Origin: Octopus bimaculoides
Lineage: Eukaryota
Length of the DNA stretch: 64,000 nt
Assembly: GCF_001194135.2 (NCBI RefSeq)
Contig: NC_068988.1
Coordinates: 95,908,653-95,972,652, forward strand
Reading direction: 5' to 3'
Position numbers and translations under genes: made by a program. The notes under the pieces were generated by a model. That model had not been told where the DNA came from, did not search any database, and was given only the letters and a program-made list of their open reading frames with translations. Below are positions 51,733 through 63,708 of the stretch, in pieces (position 1 is the first letter of the stretch; the number at the start of each line of letters is the position of its first letter).

Positions 51733-52962
51733 TATGTATATGTATGTGTGAACATACGTGTATATATACATGTATATATAAATGCGTGTGCATGTGTATG
51801 TGTGTGTGTATATATATATATATATATACACACACACAAACACACACATATATACACACACATATATACACACACATATATACACAAACATGTACATAGA
51901 TAATACGATTGCGTATGTGTGTGTCTGTGTAAATATGTATGTATTTGTGTATGACTATGTGAATATATATGTGTGTGTGTATGTATTTATATATTAACAC
52001 GTACAGCATACACACACATCTATAAACGCATATATATATATATATAAACACACATATATATACATATACATGTATAAATATTATTTATGAATAGACACAC
52101 ACACACACACACGTGCGCGCATATTATGTTATCTTCTTCATACTAACCGCAATTACCTGTCTATAACCATTCCTGTAATTGTTTTCTTTCTATATTTTTT
52201 ACCAAACTTTCGTTATTTCGTTGTTTGGTGGGGAAGAATGGTATTTTTTGTCACAATAGCTGATTATAAATCTGAAATAGTGTTCCTGCGAAGAATGACT
52301 TAATATTCTGGAGGATATCATTCGAGTTGATGGCTAAGTTCGTGAAATAAACGGAACCAATTTCATAATTCTGTTCACGAAGTAATACAGCATCAAATTT
52401 GCTTAAACATAGCCTCTGTTCTTGCTGCGTTAATTGGACAACACCTTCCATAGCTTTTCATACAAGTTATGTCCTCTCTCTATCTCTCCCTCTGTGTGTC
52501 TGTGTGTGCGTGTGTGGTGTGTGAGTGTCTGCGTGCGTTAATGTTTTTATTGGTATAAAAGTATTTAGGCTAGTGGAGTATATAATTAAGTAAATGTGTG
52601 AGAGAAAGGGGGACGGGAAGACAGGGGGGGGGGTGAATGACAAAAGGATTAACGTCTGTGTGTGTGTGTGTCTGTGTCAATGTATGTGTATGCATGTATG
52701 TTTGTGCCAATCTATGTGTGTGTGTGTGTGATCATTTGACCGTGTAATGATGATAACATCTTCTGTAATTGTTATTCCCAATTGTTATTCAATTTTATTG
52801 CTTCGACGCCAGATTAACTGACTCCGTTTATCACCAGAAACAAGAATTAGGAAGACTAAGACCATTCTAGTGGATTACAGCTAATTAACCCTATCGCTTC
52901 TCTTTGTCTGCCTCTGTCTACGTATATAGGAATATATATATGCATCTGCGTGCATATACAAG

Positions 52963-53000
<38 letters not shown>

Positions 53001-53009
53001 CATACATGT

Positions 53010-53042
<33 letters not shown>

Positions 53043-53174
53043 NNNNNNNNNNNNNNNNNNNNNNNNNNNNNNNNNNNNNNNNNNNNNNNNNNNNNNNNNN
53101 NNNNNNNNNNNNNNNNNNNNNNNNNNNNNNNNNNNNNNNNNNNNNNNNNNNNNNNNNNNNNNNNNNNNNNNNNN

Positions 53175-53209
<35 letters not shown>

Positions 53210-54597
53210 CGTTAGAATGTGATCCAGTGTCTAAGCTATTCATTTTGATAGAAGTTATTTCGGAGAGGATTTAATACATTGTTATGGGTTGGTTCATATG
53301 AATATATATACCCAAGAGCAACATAAAGTTACCTTACCATTGCTATGTAAGTTCTTGGGCATTGCTTTTTTTTTTTTTTTTTCGTGTGTACAGACTTGAT
53401 CTATAAACGTACTTCGATACCTGATCGTTAATAGATGTCGAAGAAATATGATATAACATAGAAAGACTGTCTGAAACAATGGTATATCACGGTCTCCTTG
53501 TTTTACTTTAAGACAGAGGTCGTTAATATCACTCCTGATTTCTCGTAATGGTTATCAGGTTTTAACAGTAATACTCCCGATTTCGTCTTGCCTCCAATCA
53601 AGTAACATAACTCTTGGTATGAGTACCGAAACAGACGACACGTTGTGGTCCACTGATTTCTTGAATGCAAACAGCTATGAGGAGTAGAGTCTTCTTGTAC
53701 GTGCATTATATGCCTTCGCTACGCGTTCCAAATGTGTACGTGTGTGTATAAATTTGCATGTATGTCACAGATAACAATATACGAGTAAGAACAATATCCA
53801 CAAGACTCTAAAATATCAACAGAGATGAACAGAGCATGTAAAACTGACGTGAAATGCCTAAGCACACACACACACACGCACGCACGCACACACACACACG
53901 ATTTGTTTGGGATCTGAACGATCGTGCTTATTAGCTCCGTACACTCCTGCATGTATTTGGCGAGCGTTGTACACTGCAGCAAAATGATAAATATTTCTAT
54001 TTCATCATTGAGTCACGAAATTAATTAACGTAATCGTAACTTGTTTAACGATGTCAGGTATTCTGCAGCTCCAGTCCCTCTAACAATATTAGCTGCACAT
54101 TTGATGCGGGAAAGAGACATAATAAATGAAGAAGACGAATAGATAATGACAGTTCAATAGATGAGACAAATGTTTCAATAGCATGGCAATTTATCCGCTC
54201 GCAATGTATTCATATCATTATTATTTATTTATTCAAAAATTGCCACCCGTTTCGTCAAGTATTTTGAAACCATCGGAAAATAAAAAATCAACTGCAATTA
54301 ATTTTTATCTTCTAAGAGCAAATGTGTTGCCATACTGAAATATTTGCGGCACGTATTGAACTCTGATTAACTATTCACCTTCATCATACATACATACATA
54401 CATACATACATACATACATACATACATACATACATACATACATGTGTTATGTGAGCGCGCGCGCATTCATTATATGTTTTTTCTTACTTTTCGTTTGTAC
54501 ATTTACTATACATTTTTTCACTTATTAAATAACTGAACGCTTCACACCCTTGTTTTTATTAGCAGTAAGTTTGTGCATTTATGTATATGCATACATA

Positions 54598-54638
54598 TAG
54601 ATAGACAGAGAGACAGACAGATAGATAGACTGGCAGGG

Positions 54639-54689
<51 letters not shown>

Positions 54690-54691
54690 AT

Positions 54692-54765
<74 letters not shown>

Positions 54766-54794
54766 CAGAGAGACAGACAGATAGACTGGCAGGC

Positions 54795-54850
<56 letters not shown>
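54598..54850. repeat. Interrupted (GATA)n/(GACA)n array
   Basis: Directly visible; source of the [11 protein letters not shown] artefacts. Confidence 0.95.
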
Positions 54851-54851
<1 letters not shown>

Positions 54852-54974
54852 CAAGATGGTGGCTGTCTGCTCTTTACAGCAAAGCTTGACCTTTTTTTGT
54901 ACCTATTATTAGTCAATGACTTTTGAGCTCCGAAAGGTGGTTGAGGAACTAATCACAAACGTTGCAACAATGCC

Positions 54975-55014
<40 letters not shown>

Positions 55015-55029
55015 NNNNNNNNNNTGTTA

Positions 55030-55075
55030 ACACAACATTTCGGCTGATATACCCTCCAGCCTTCATCTCAGGTGT
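55030..55075 (-). ncRNA. Degenerate minimal hammerhead-ribozyme motif (Penelope-LTR type)
   Basis: Minus strand reads acac-CUGA(GA)UGA-a-GGCUG-loop-CAGCC-GAAAU-GUU-gugu. Stems I and II are intact; the core has a 2-nt insertion and C15.2 is changed to U. Confidence 0.5.
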
Positions 55076-55104
55076 CTTGAGAAAATTTCAAACCTGGGTT
55101 CTCG

Positions 55105-55670
55105 TTCCGAGAAGCGAAATTTTTTCCCATGAGATTTCCGGACCCCAGTTATGAACTCATTTGCATACAGCCAATCAGAGCTCAACGATCAAACTAATTT
55201 ATGAGCGCATAACAAGTGATGGCCGATAAGATAAGGTCGCTTGGACAAGGAATGACCATGCTTCTTTTCTCCTTTAAGAATGCTTGTTGTTCTTGTTCTT
55301 CTTTCAACCATGGCTGCCTCTGCGTAGTTATTTGTGTTGTTGTTTACTTTGTAAAACAATGAGAGGAGAGGGTTACTAGCACATCACCCTTTACCCACAT
55401 TTTTCCCATCCACATCTTTACCATGTGGGGCCCTAATAAAATCCGATAATAGGTACAGATGCCAGTCTATCTAATTATTTGTCTCTTACTAAAATCACGC
55501 ATAACTTGGCGATCGGTTGACTTACAACATCGTTCTTCGTCTTGAGTTTACTTGGTAGAGTGTGTTTGTTAACTTGACAACAAGGTCAAGGAGAGCTCTG
55601 ATTGGCTGTATGCAAATGAGTTCATTACTGGGGTCCGGAACTCTCGTGTAAGAAAAATTTCGCGTTCGGG
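55105..55670. mobile_element. MITE-like element with ~75-bp terminal inverted repeats
   Basis: gcgaaattttt..ttccggaccccagttatgaactcatttgcatacagccaatcagagctc (55111-55183) is the near-exact reverse complement of 55591-55665. Confidence 0.8.
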
Positions 55671-55734
55671 AATCGAACTGACAACCTCACAGTCGTAAGC
55701 TCGACGCTCTAACCCCTGCACCATGCGCCTTCAC
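55665..55734 (-). mobile_element. tRNA-like head of a family-A-related SINE
   Basis: Reverse complement gtgaaggcgcatggtgcaggggttagagcgtcgagcttacga..cagttcgattccc. Confidence 0.75.
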
Positions 55735-56984
55735 TGTAACATAACAAATAAAGCAGACAGATCTACACATAAATGCTTGTATATTCTCCTTCGCAAGTAT
55801 TTCAGGGAGCTGACAATTAACAACCATCTTGTGTATTAAATCTGTCTACAAATAAATTGCATATTTCTAGGCATTAGAGCTAAGCGATACAAGTTGAGTA
55901 TTATTTGAATCCTGTCAATCAAGATAGAATGGTTTGTTTTTCCATCATTATCTCCCAATTCTTGTCTTTGACGTCTTGAATGTCTTGTGGTTCCAATTAT
56001 CGCTTGGTTCGTTTTCTTCCGGAATTGCAGAAGGGAATCATCGACATTCACGTCTTTCACTTCTGTAACACTTTACCGAATTCATAATATTCTGTGCCAG
56101 ACTGAATTTAATGACTTTAGATTTTAAATTCCACGTTCGCTCGGCTAATGATGTAGAGTTAGAATAAGTGGTTAGGCGCAAAATCCCTCGTTTAAAAACT
56201 ATTACAGTAAAAGCTGTATAGTATCTATTTTCATGAAGACTTAGGTGTATGTGTGTGTGTTATATTTATTTTCGAATGTCAATTCATTTGACCCACATAT
56301 ATTATTATGTTCTGTTTTTTGTCCAACCCGTTTACTACATGTTTTTTACACTAATATTTTCGATATATTTCCAACTATAAACACCAATTCAAAAAGCAGG
56401 AACATATCCAGGTGATGGCTTAAATGGCCAAAACTTCGAAGTCACTGCCAATACTGTTCTTGTTAAAGAATAAGAAATTTTTACTCTACCAAAAGTAATC
56501 CTTGAGTTTCCTGTAAAATTGTTTTTATTATAACATAAAAACAAACTCAAACACACATTTACTTTATCATATTTGGCCTGTATTTCATCTTTTAGTGTCT
56601 ATTCGTTTTGGTTTGCATTATGTCTGTCTGTCTGTCTGTTTGTTATTCTGTGAGTTGGGAGATTGAAGTAGTTTTCCAAAAAACTAAAGGATTTGTGCAG
56701 TGGAGTCAACTGTAATCGTCGGTCAATTTTAATCTCGTTTTCTTTTTCTTTTCTTTTCCCTTTTCTTTCTTTCCTCCAAATTATTCGCCATCTTCACTAA
56801 TTCCACAGATGACATTAATCAACAACATAGAAACTTTAGGCACGAGGAAATAGCCTGACTTATCAACGAACAGGTTCGAACCATTCCAAAACCGATAAAC
56901 ATTGAGTGCTTGGTGCTTTTTGTTTTTCGTTTTTTTTTTTTTGCACGGAAACACATATAAATATTACACACACACACACACACA

Positions 56985-57170
56985 CACATAGTGCTTATCA
57001 CTCCACTGTTTGACAACCGATATTGGTTTGTTTATGTTCCTCGTAACTTATCGCTTCGACTAAGCGACCGTACCAGAATTTTTCTAATAATGAATAATGG
57101 GGTCGATAAGTACGTTATGGTGGTGCCCCAGCATGGCCATTGTCCAATGAATGACACTACTAAAAGAAAA
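56985..57170 (+). mobile_element. Decayed 3' half of a family-C SINE
   Basis: ttgacaaccga..gtaacttatcg..ggggtcgat..ggtggtgccccagcatggcc..aatgac. Confidence 0.6.
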
Positions 57171-57409
57171 ATAACATTTTAACATTTATGAATTTAGTAA
57201 AATCGGTTCCGTTTCTTTTTTTTCTTTTTTTTTCTAAACTGGGAAATAGAAAAAGAAAAAAAAAATTATTGATGTAAGGGAAATAACTATTGCGCTTTGC
57301 AGTTAAATTATTTCCCTTTAAATTTTTAGCTCACGTGGGGACAAATTAATTTTTAATTGCAATTTATTAATCGCTGCCGAATACAAAGCATGGATGAGAA
57401 TTGGTGTTG

Positions 57410-57630
57410 CGAAAACTGAGGCTTTGGTCCTCTCAAAAAAATCTTCCCTGTGCATTCTGCATGTAAAAGTGGAACGTCACTGAGACAAGCAGAGAAGTTT
57501 AAGTATCTCTTGGAGTCGTCTCAACGGCGGAGTGAGTAGCTCAGACATCAGGGAGCCGCTCCAGACTGAGTCACTACTATTCCTCACTGAGCTGTAACAG
57601 CTCCGGTAAAATGGTCATGGGACTAGAATA
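57410..57630 (+). mobile_element. RTE-clade LINE relic (post-RT region, internally deleted)
   Basis: KTEALVLS..LHV.SGTSLRQAEKFKYL and VSSSDIREPLQTESLLF...QLR..GH motifs (RTE KFKYLG; SSDIRE.L.VE.LL..IE.SQLRW.GH). Confidence 0.65.
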
Positions 57631-57744
57631 TCGTAGGAAAGAGCGAGAAGGGGGAAGGGAAAAGAGAGGAAGAAAGATACTGAGGTCTTTTATAAAACTA
57701 TTTGGAGGCAAAAACCCATCAATATTTTCAACAACTGAGGCGAC

Positions 57745-57950
57745 GAGGTGGGCAGCGACGTTAGCGCGCCGGGCGAAACGCTGAGCGGTATTTCGTCTGT
57801 CTTTACGTTCTGAGTTCTAATTCTATCGAGGTCGACATTGCCTTTCATCCTTTCGGAGTCAATAAATTAAGTACCAGTTGCGTATTGGGAATGATCTAAT
57901 CGACTGGCCCCCTCCCCAAAAATTTCAGGCCTTATGCCTAGAGTAGAAAT
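57745..57950 (+). mobile_element. Family-B SINE, near full length, followed by a (GAT)n run
   Basis: ggcagcgacgttagcgcgccgggcgaaacgctgagcggtatttcg..ctgagttctaattc..tail ggccttatgcctagagtagaa. Confidence 0.9.
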
Positions 57951-58706
57951 AATATTTTCAACAACTCTAGATGATGATGATGATGATGATGACGACGATG
58001 ACACCGGCGAAGCCGATGACACCGGCGAAGCCGATGATGTTGAAACAGTAAAATACGGTTGTTTATTAAAAGCTAATTCTGGTCAACCGTATTCGGTCTT
58101 TTCCCTCCATATTAGGGTATGACTGACTGCCTGTCGATCTATCTATGTCGGTCCATAGCATGGATGTATGTATATATGTTTCTATATATGTGTGTATGCC
58201 TTTATATGTGTCTATATGTATGTATAAAGTATGTATGTCTAACCTGTATATTAGATGCGTGTGTGTGTATGTGTTTACGCGTGTGTGTGTTTATATGTAT
58301 AGTGTTTAGATGAATAGATGCGTGTAGGTAGGCATGAGTTCGTGGTATGTGTGTGTGTGTGTGTGTGTGTCAATGTATGTGTGTGTGTGTCAATGTATGT
58401 GTGTGTGTGTATGTGGGGAGGGGGGTTCATTTGACCGTGTAAGGATAACATCTTCTGTAATTGTTATTCAGCTTTATGGCTTCAGCACCGGATTAACTGA
58501 CTCCGTTTATCACCAGAAACAAGAAATTACAGAAAAATACGAGCAATTTTATTGACAGTAACGAGAAAATTAAGCGCGCACGCGTGTGTGTGTGTGCGTG
58601 CGCGCGCGTGTTAGATAATTAGCCATACAAGTCATACTAGAGTCTAAGTGCCTGAAATTCAATGTACGCGCGTGCTTAATATCGAACTCCTATAAACGCT
58701 AAGAGT

Positions 58707-58875
58707 CGCAGGCATGGCTGTGTGGTAAGAAGTTTGCCTTCCAACCTCATGGTTCTGGGTTCAGTCCCACTGCCTGGCACTTTGGGCTAGCACCTTGGGC
58801 TAGCACCTTCTGCTGTAGCCTCGGGCTGACCAAAGCCTTGTGAGTGAATTTAACAAATGGAAAGAAGCCCGTCGA

Positions 58876-58927
<52 letters not shown>

Positions 58928-59140
58928 GTGGCGGGTTCTGTGTTTGTCCCTCCACATCATCGCTTGACAACCGATGTTAGTGTGTTTACGTCCCCATAAC
59001 TTGGCGGTTCGGCATAGGAGAACGATAGAATAAATACAAGGCTTACAAAGAATAAGTCCTGAAGTCGATTCTTCGATTAAAGGCGGTGTTCCAGCATGGC
59101 CGCAATCAAATGACTGAAATATGTAAAAGAATAAAAGAAA
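58707..59140 (+). mobile_element. Full-length family-C tRNA-derived SINE with internal (TG)n
   Basis: A-box tggctgtgtggt, B-box gggttcagtccc, CORE-like ggcactttggg.., internal microsatellite, 3' tail ggcggtgttccagcatggccgcaatcaaatgactgaaa..taaaaga. Confidence 0.9.
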
Positions 59141-59884
59141 GCTCCAGTTCAGTTTGCCGAAGAAATGACTGCTTTTTGTTGTCGAACGAGAAATCGTTCT
59201 GACTTCCTGAATTGTCGTCGAAGAGTGTGGCTGTCTCTTTACTACGTTGGTTTCGAATTTTAGCACAAGGCCAGCAATTTCCGGGACGGGATAAGACGAT
59301 CACATCGCCCCCACCCCGGTTCACACACACATATGAATATATATAATACACACACACACACACATACATACGTGCATACACACATATTTGAATATATGAC
59401 CATAAACAATTCTCGCCCCTCGGCATTGGGGAACTTCTCGCCCGCAGTTTTCCTACACTATACACACGTGTGTAAGGGTATGAGGGTGTGTATGACTAAG
59501 CGCATATGCAAACGTGTAGTTGGGGTGTGCGTGCATGTGTGTGTGTTTGCGCGCGCGCACACACACACACATACACACGCACTAAATATTTTCAAGGACA
59601 GAGTTCGTATCGACCATGCTGCAAGGGAAAAAACTCCGGTTGTCTCCCTTACATGTTCTTGTTTACGTAATTATTTTGGAATTTTAATTTATATTTGACT
59701 TCAACTTTCTAATAAATTTTGACAAACACCGACTTCATGTGAATACAAGGAATTACTCGTGCTCTTTGAGTTTTTCTTTCTGTTCTTTTGTTTTGAAAAA
59801 ATAGTTCTTCATAATTTAGAACTGGTATTTATTTCACGACGTGTCATAATTTTCAAGAAGATATATGAAAGCTAAAAGTAAGTC

Positions 59885-60048
59885 CCCTGCATATTATTAT
59901 CTCGAGTTCTAGAAGTCATTTGGCCGGACTGGAGTGGCTTGAAATGAAGAGTCTTGCTCAAGGATACAACGCACCGGCTTGTCCGGGAATCGAAACCACG
60001 ATCTTGTACTTTTGAACGCAACATTCTAACCACTCGGCCACGCGCTTT
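59885..60048 (-). mobile_element. 5' part of a family-A-related SINE
   Basis: Reverse complement has the A-box tggccgagtgg, B-box gtttcgattcc and gtatccttgagcaagactcttcattt. Confidence 0.8.
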
Positions 60049-60649
60049 TACTCCAGAAGGCATCCATTGGGATTTTTCTGGGTAGCTGTAAAGAAAGGTT
60101 TGGCGGAAAAAGTTCTAGACACGATCCTTAAGGTGCCAGATTCCATACTACTACGCAGCACATTGGGCAAACGTCTTGGACCACAGATTGAGGACGGCTG
60201 AAGAATTGTTGAAGTGAATCGACAGGAACCATCCATGAGGAAGTTCTTCGGGTGAATATCGCCTGCTATCGAAAGCAATAAGAATTGAATAAAAGTTTTA
60301 GTAATTATCGTAATTAATTAATTAAGAGTAACGAAGAAAATATTAGACTATAATCATCGTTTTACCTTCAATACATTTACAACATACCGTAATAATGATT
60401 GTAGAGATCATTCTATGATTCATACGCATATTTGTTGACTGAATCTCCAGAGTGAAGAGTGATTAAGGATACGCGAACAAAATGGAGTCAGACGCGGCAG
60501 CCTAGAAACGGACTTTACTGGAATATCCATTGGTTCATCGGGGATTTTGCTCACTTTAGATTATCCAAGTTTTGGTTTAAAATTATGAATGTATATACTA
60601 TGAATATCTCTTATAAATTTTGATCTGCTGTTATTCTAACCTATTGTAG

Positions 60650-60726
60650 AATCCAATCCTCATCTGGGAATGTGATGGCGACGTCGTTGGCGTTTTGTTG
60701 AGGCGAGGCCCAGTTCAAGGATTTAT
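60650..60726 (+). CDS. Candidate orphan exon (77 nt), unverified
   Basis: Branch-like ctaac plus tag| acceptor, and |gtaagt donor. GC-rich; frame 0 [25 protein letters not shown] is open. Confidence 0.25.
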
Positions 60727-61071
60727 GTAAGTTCCAACATCGAAGTTTACAGTACGTCCCATGGTCAGATTTCCAACACTTAGGTTATTGCATGTGCGTG
60801 TGCGTGCGTGTGTGTGTGTCTGTCTGTCTCTGTGTGTATGTGTGTGTGTCTGTGTCTGTGTCTGTCGGTCTGTGTGTGTGCATATGTGTGGGTGTGTGCA
60901 TATGTGCATGTGCGTGTGTCTGTCTGTCTGTGTGCATGTGTTTTTCTGCTATTTGGTGCCTTCCGGCGGCTGAATTAGGAATTTAGCTCCTATTTCTTAA
61001 CAGGTCGATGCTTTCTCCGCATCCTCATGCCTTGTGATAACTTCAAATTTAATATATATTTATATATATAT

Positions 61072-61126
<55 letters not shown>

Positions 61127-61136
61127 NNNNNNNNNN

Positions 61137-61197
<61 letters not shown>

Positions 61198-61240
61198 GTA
61201 CATACATTCGATTAATATATCTGAATATGGCATATAACTT

Positions 61241-61313
61241 GTCAGAATGTTACCATCGGTTTCGCGCCGACTATTGCACTTGGCAATACTGACGACTCTT
61301 CAGAGAAAGTGAC
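61241..61313 (-). ncRNA. Hammerhead-ribozyme-like motif (type I topology) with intact catalytic core
   Basis: Minus strand reads CUGAAGA (61297-61303), a long stem II containing UAUUGC/GCAAUA, GAAAC (61259-61263), stem III ACC-gau-GGU and a GUA cleavage triplet. Stem I is only partly paired. Confidence 0.45.
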
Positions 61314-62349
61314 TGGAGATATATATAGTTCTGGTTGGCTCTATGATAGGCAGTTTCCAGTTGATTCTATGTCCAGCAGTTTCCAGTTGATTCCGCTCCT
61401 AACCTAATATAGTTGGTAAACGTTATTTTTGACGGGTTAATCCATCATATATAGTCAAGGGAGAGTAATTATTAAAGTTATTCTTTTCTTTATCTTCTAG
61501 TGAATAAACACGAATGATTGAAAATAAGAGTTAAATTATTTAAAATAAAATAAATAAGGAAACTAAAACACACTATAACAAAAAGTGGCCAGTTTTAAAT
61601 TCGGCAAACTTCGTAGTTGTTCGCCGATTTGTTTTAATTTGGACACTTGAATCTCTCTATAGTTACGTATTGATTTATCTCAAATTATATTTTTCATTTA
61701 ATACGATGTTGAAAAAAAACTCAATGGAAAGGCAATTTCTTAATGGAAAATCAGAAACATTTTGAGCAGAATATATCGTAGAAGATTTACGTAGAAGAAT
61801 TTTAAGTGGATTAAATAAACGAAGTTGAATAATTAAATGTCTTTTACTCATCATTGTTTTCTTTTTTATATTTACTTCACTGAATTGTCTGGTAAACCGA
61901 AAAGGAAACATTTTCTGTTCATGGAAGAAAGTAGAGCCGTTTATGAGAATTTTAAGTGGATTAATATAGATCAAACATATCCTGCTTTAGAATCGTATTT
62001 AATTGTATCTGTAAAATACAATTCCGTCGTTTATTTTACTTTTTCATTGTTTGTTTTACATTTTAAAAGTATTATCATATCTTAATGGAGTTATATCTCT
62101 TTGAAGCAGACAGCAGACATTATAGATTGCTGTGTCATATGTGACGATCAGGAAAGAACAGAAGTTGAATGATTACTGTATTGATTCGTATATTTATTCA
62201 TCACTTTTCTTAATTTTTATTTTACTGAAATGAAAAAACGCCAAGGTTACAAAACAAAAGAAAATCAAATCCAACAAAAACTCAACGAGAGAGACGTAGA
62301 CATCTCTCTCACACGCACGCACGCGCGTACACACACACGTACACACACA

Positions 62350-62386
<37 letters not shown>

Positions 62387-62874
62387 CCAGAGTGGATTTT
62401 GCAACCTATTCTTCTGGATCGACCAAAACTTTTGCAATACTTTATCAGAAAATATTTCACACCGCTTCTCTAATATCCTATAAGAAAAAAAAACAAAAAC
62501 AGCGTGAGCTGACACCAGTGACAAAAAAAAACTAAACAAAAACAAAAGGAGACCTTCAGCTGTTTCTTCTATTGATGTGCTTCATTTTAATTCTAGTCGT
62601 CTATGTCAGTGTCCTATAGTCATTGCAAAAATTCATTTTCGATGTAGCTTGTTCAGGTTGTACTTGAGCATTTTTTTAAAGCTAGACCAAAGTCAATCAC
62701 GTCCTCTTTCTCCATTTCGAAGCCTATGGAACTTCCCGAACACATTTTCCTCAAGTACAGGCTCTGTCTCAAACAGTTCTCCTTTGAAAAGACAACACCA
62801 AGCCATTCTGTTCTCCAAGACGAGCTCAACGTTTCAGAACAACGGTCTTCGAAGGAATTGCAAAATATACTGGC

Positions 62875-63174
62875 TTTCCGTCGGTTACAACGACGAGGGT
62901 TCCAGTTGATCCGATCAACGGAACAGCCTGCTGATGAAATTAACGTGCAAGTGGCCGAGTACTCCACAGACACGTGTACCCTTAACGTAGTTCTCAGGGA
63001 GATTCAGCTTGACACAGAATGTGACAAGGTACAACTCATTTTTCTCAGTTGAGTGGACTGGAGCAGCATAAAATAAAGAGTCTTGCTCAAGGACACAATG
63101 AGTTGCTGGGAATTGAACTCACGACCTTACAATCGTGAGCCGGATACCTTAACCACTAAGCCACGTGCCTTCAC
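62875..63174 (-). mobile_element. Full-length family-A SINE
   Basis: Reverse complement gtgaaggcacgtggcttagtggttaagg..gtgagttcaattccc..gtgtccttgagcaagactc..ccctcgtcgttgtaaccgacgga; aligns by eye with 47948 and 32443. Confidence 0.93.
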
Positions 63175-63676
63175 ATTTTCGAAATAAACGCACAATGATT
63201 CCACCGAAACTCTTTTAATGTCACATGAATTGGAAGAAATCAATTCAAAATTGGCATCAGACACCTTATATACTCGTTAAAAATCTGAGAATTTCCGCTG
63301 GTCTTTGAGCTGTAGTAGAAGAATGGTTACCAGGAAGAGTGGTACTAGGAAGAATGGTTACTAAGGAGCAAGAAATGGACTGTATTAGAATCAAATGAGC
63401 CGAGAGGTTAGAGGAATGTATTGAAGCATTGTCTGTAACAATTAGAAAAATATCTTCATTGGAAGACAATCCTCCTTAAGGTGGTCACATAAAGTAGGGG
63501 TAAACACATCAATGAATCTTGTAGTCAGCTTTGGATTAACCATTGAGCAAAATAAGCACATGTTTACGGCACCAAGGAAAGGGGAGAGTCACAAACATGG
63601 TAAATGCTGTACGGCACAAAAGAAATCACTTCAAACTAAAATAATATTATTCCAAGTGTGGTTTATATTGTAGTAA

Positions 63677-63708
63677 CGCCTGCGCATGCGTAGTCTTACG
63701 CATGCGTA
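63677..63708. promoter_or_regulatory. Paired NRF1/EWG-type GCGCATGCG palindromes (possible promoter element)
   Basis: tgcgcatgcgta (63681-63692) and tacgcatgcgta (63697-63708) within a short CpG-richer patch. Confidence 0.3.

Noticed and set aside
52746-52822. C/D-box snoRNA (ATGATGA ... CTGA) in the first duplicated block
   Set aside because: Box C is not conserved in the second copy, and there is no terminal stem or recognisable rRNA antisense element.
60650-60726. In-frame TGA in otherwise plausible exon frames (here ..HLGM*WRRRWRF..; also 56818+ and 31967-) as selenocysteine or readthrough
   Set aside because: No match to known selenoprotein motifs, no SECIS identified, and such stops are expected by chance in non-coding DNA.
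62653-62800. DVIDFGLA, a kinase DFG-like motif in the minus-strand ORF
   Set aside because: No upstream HRDxKxxN or other kinase motifs; likely chance.
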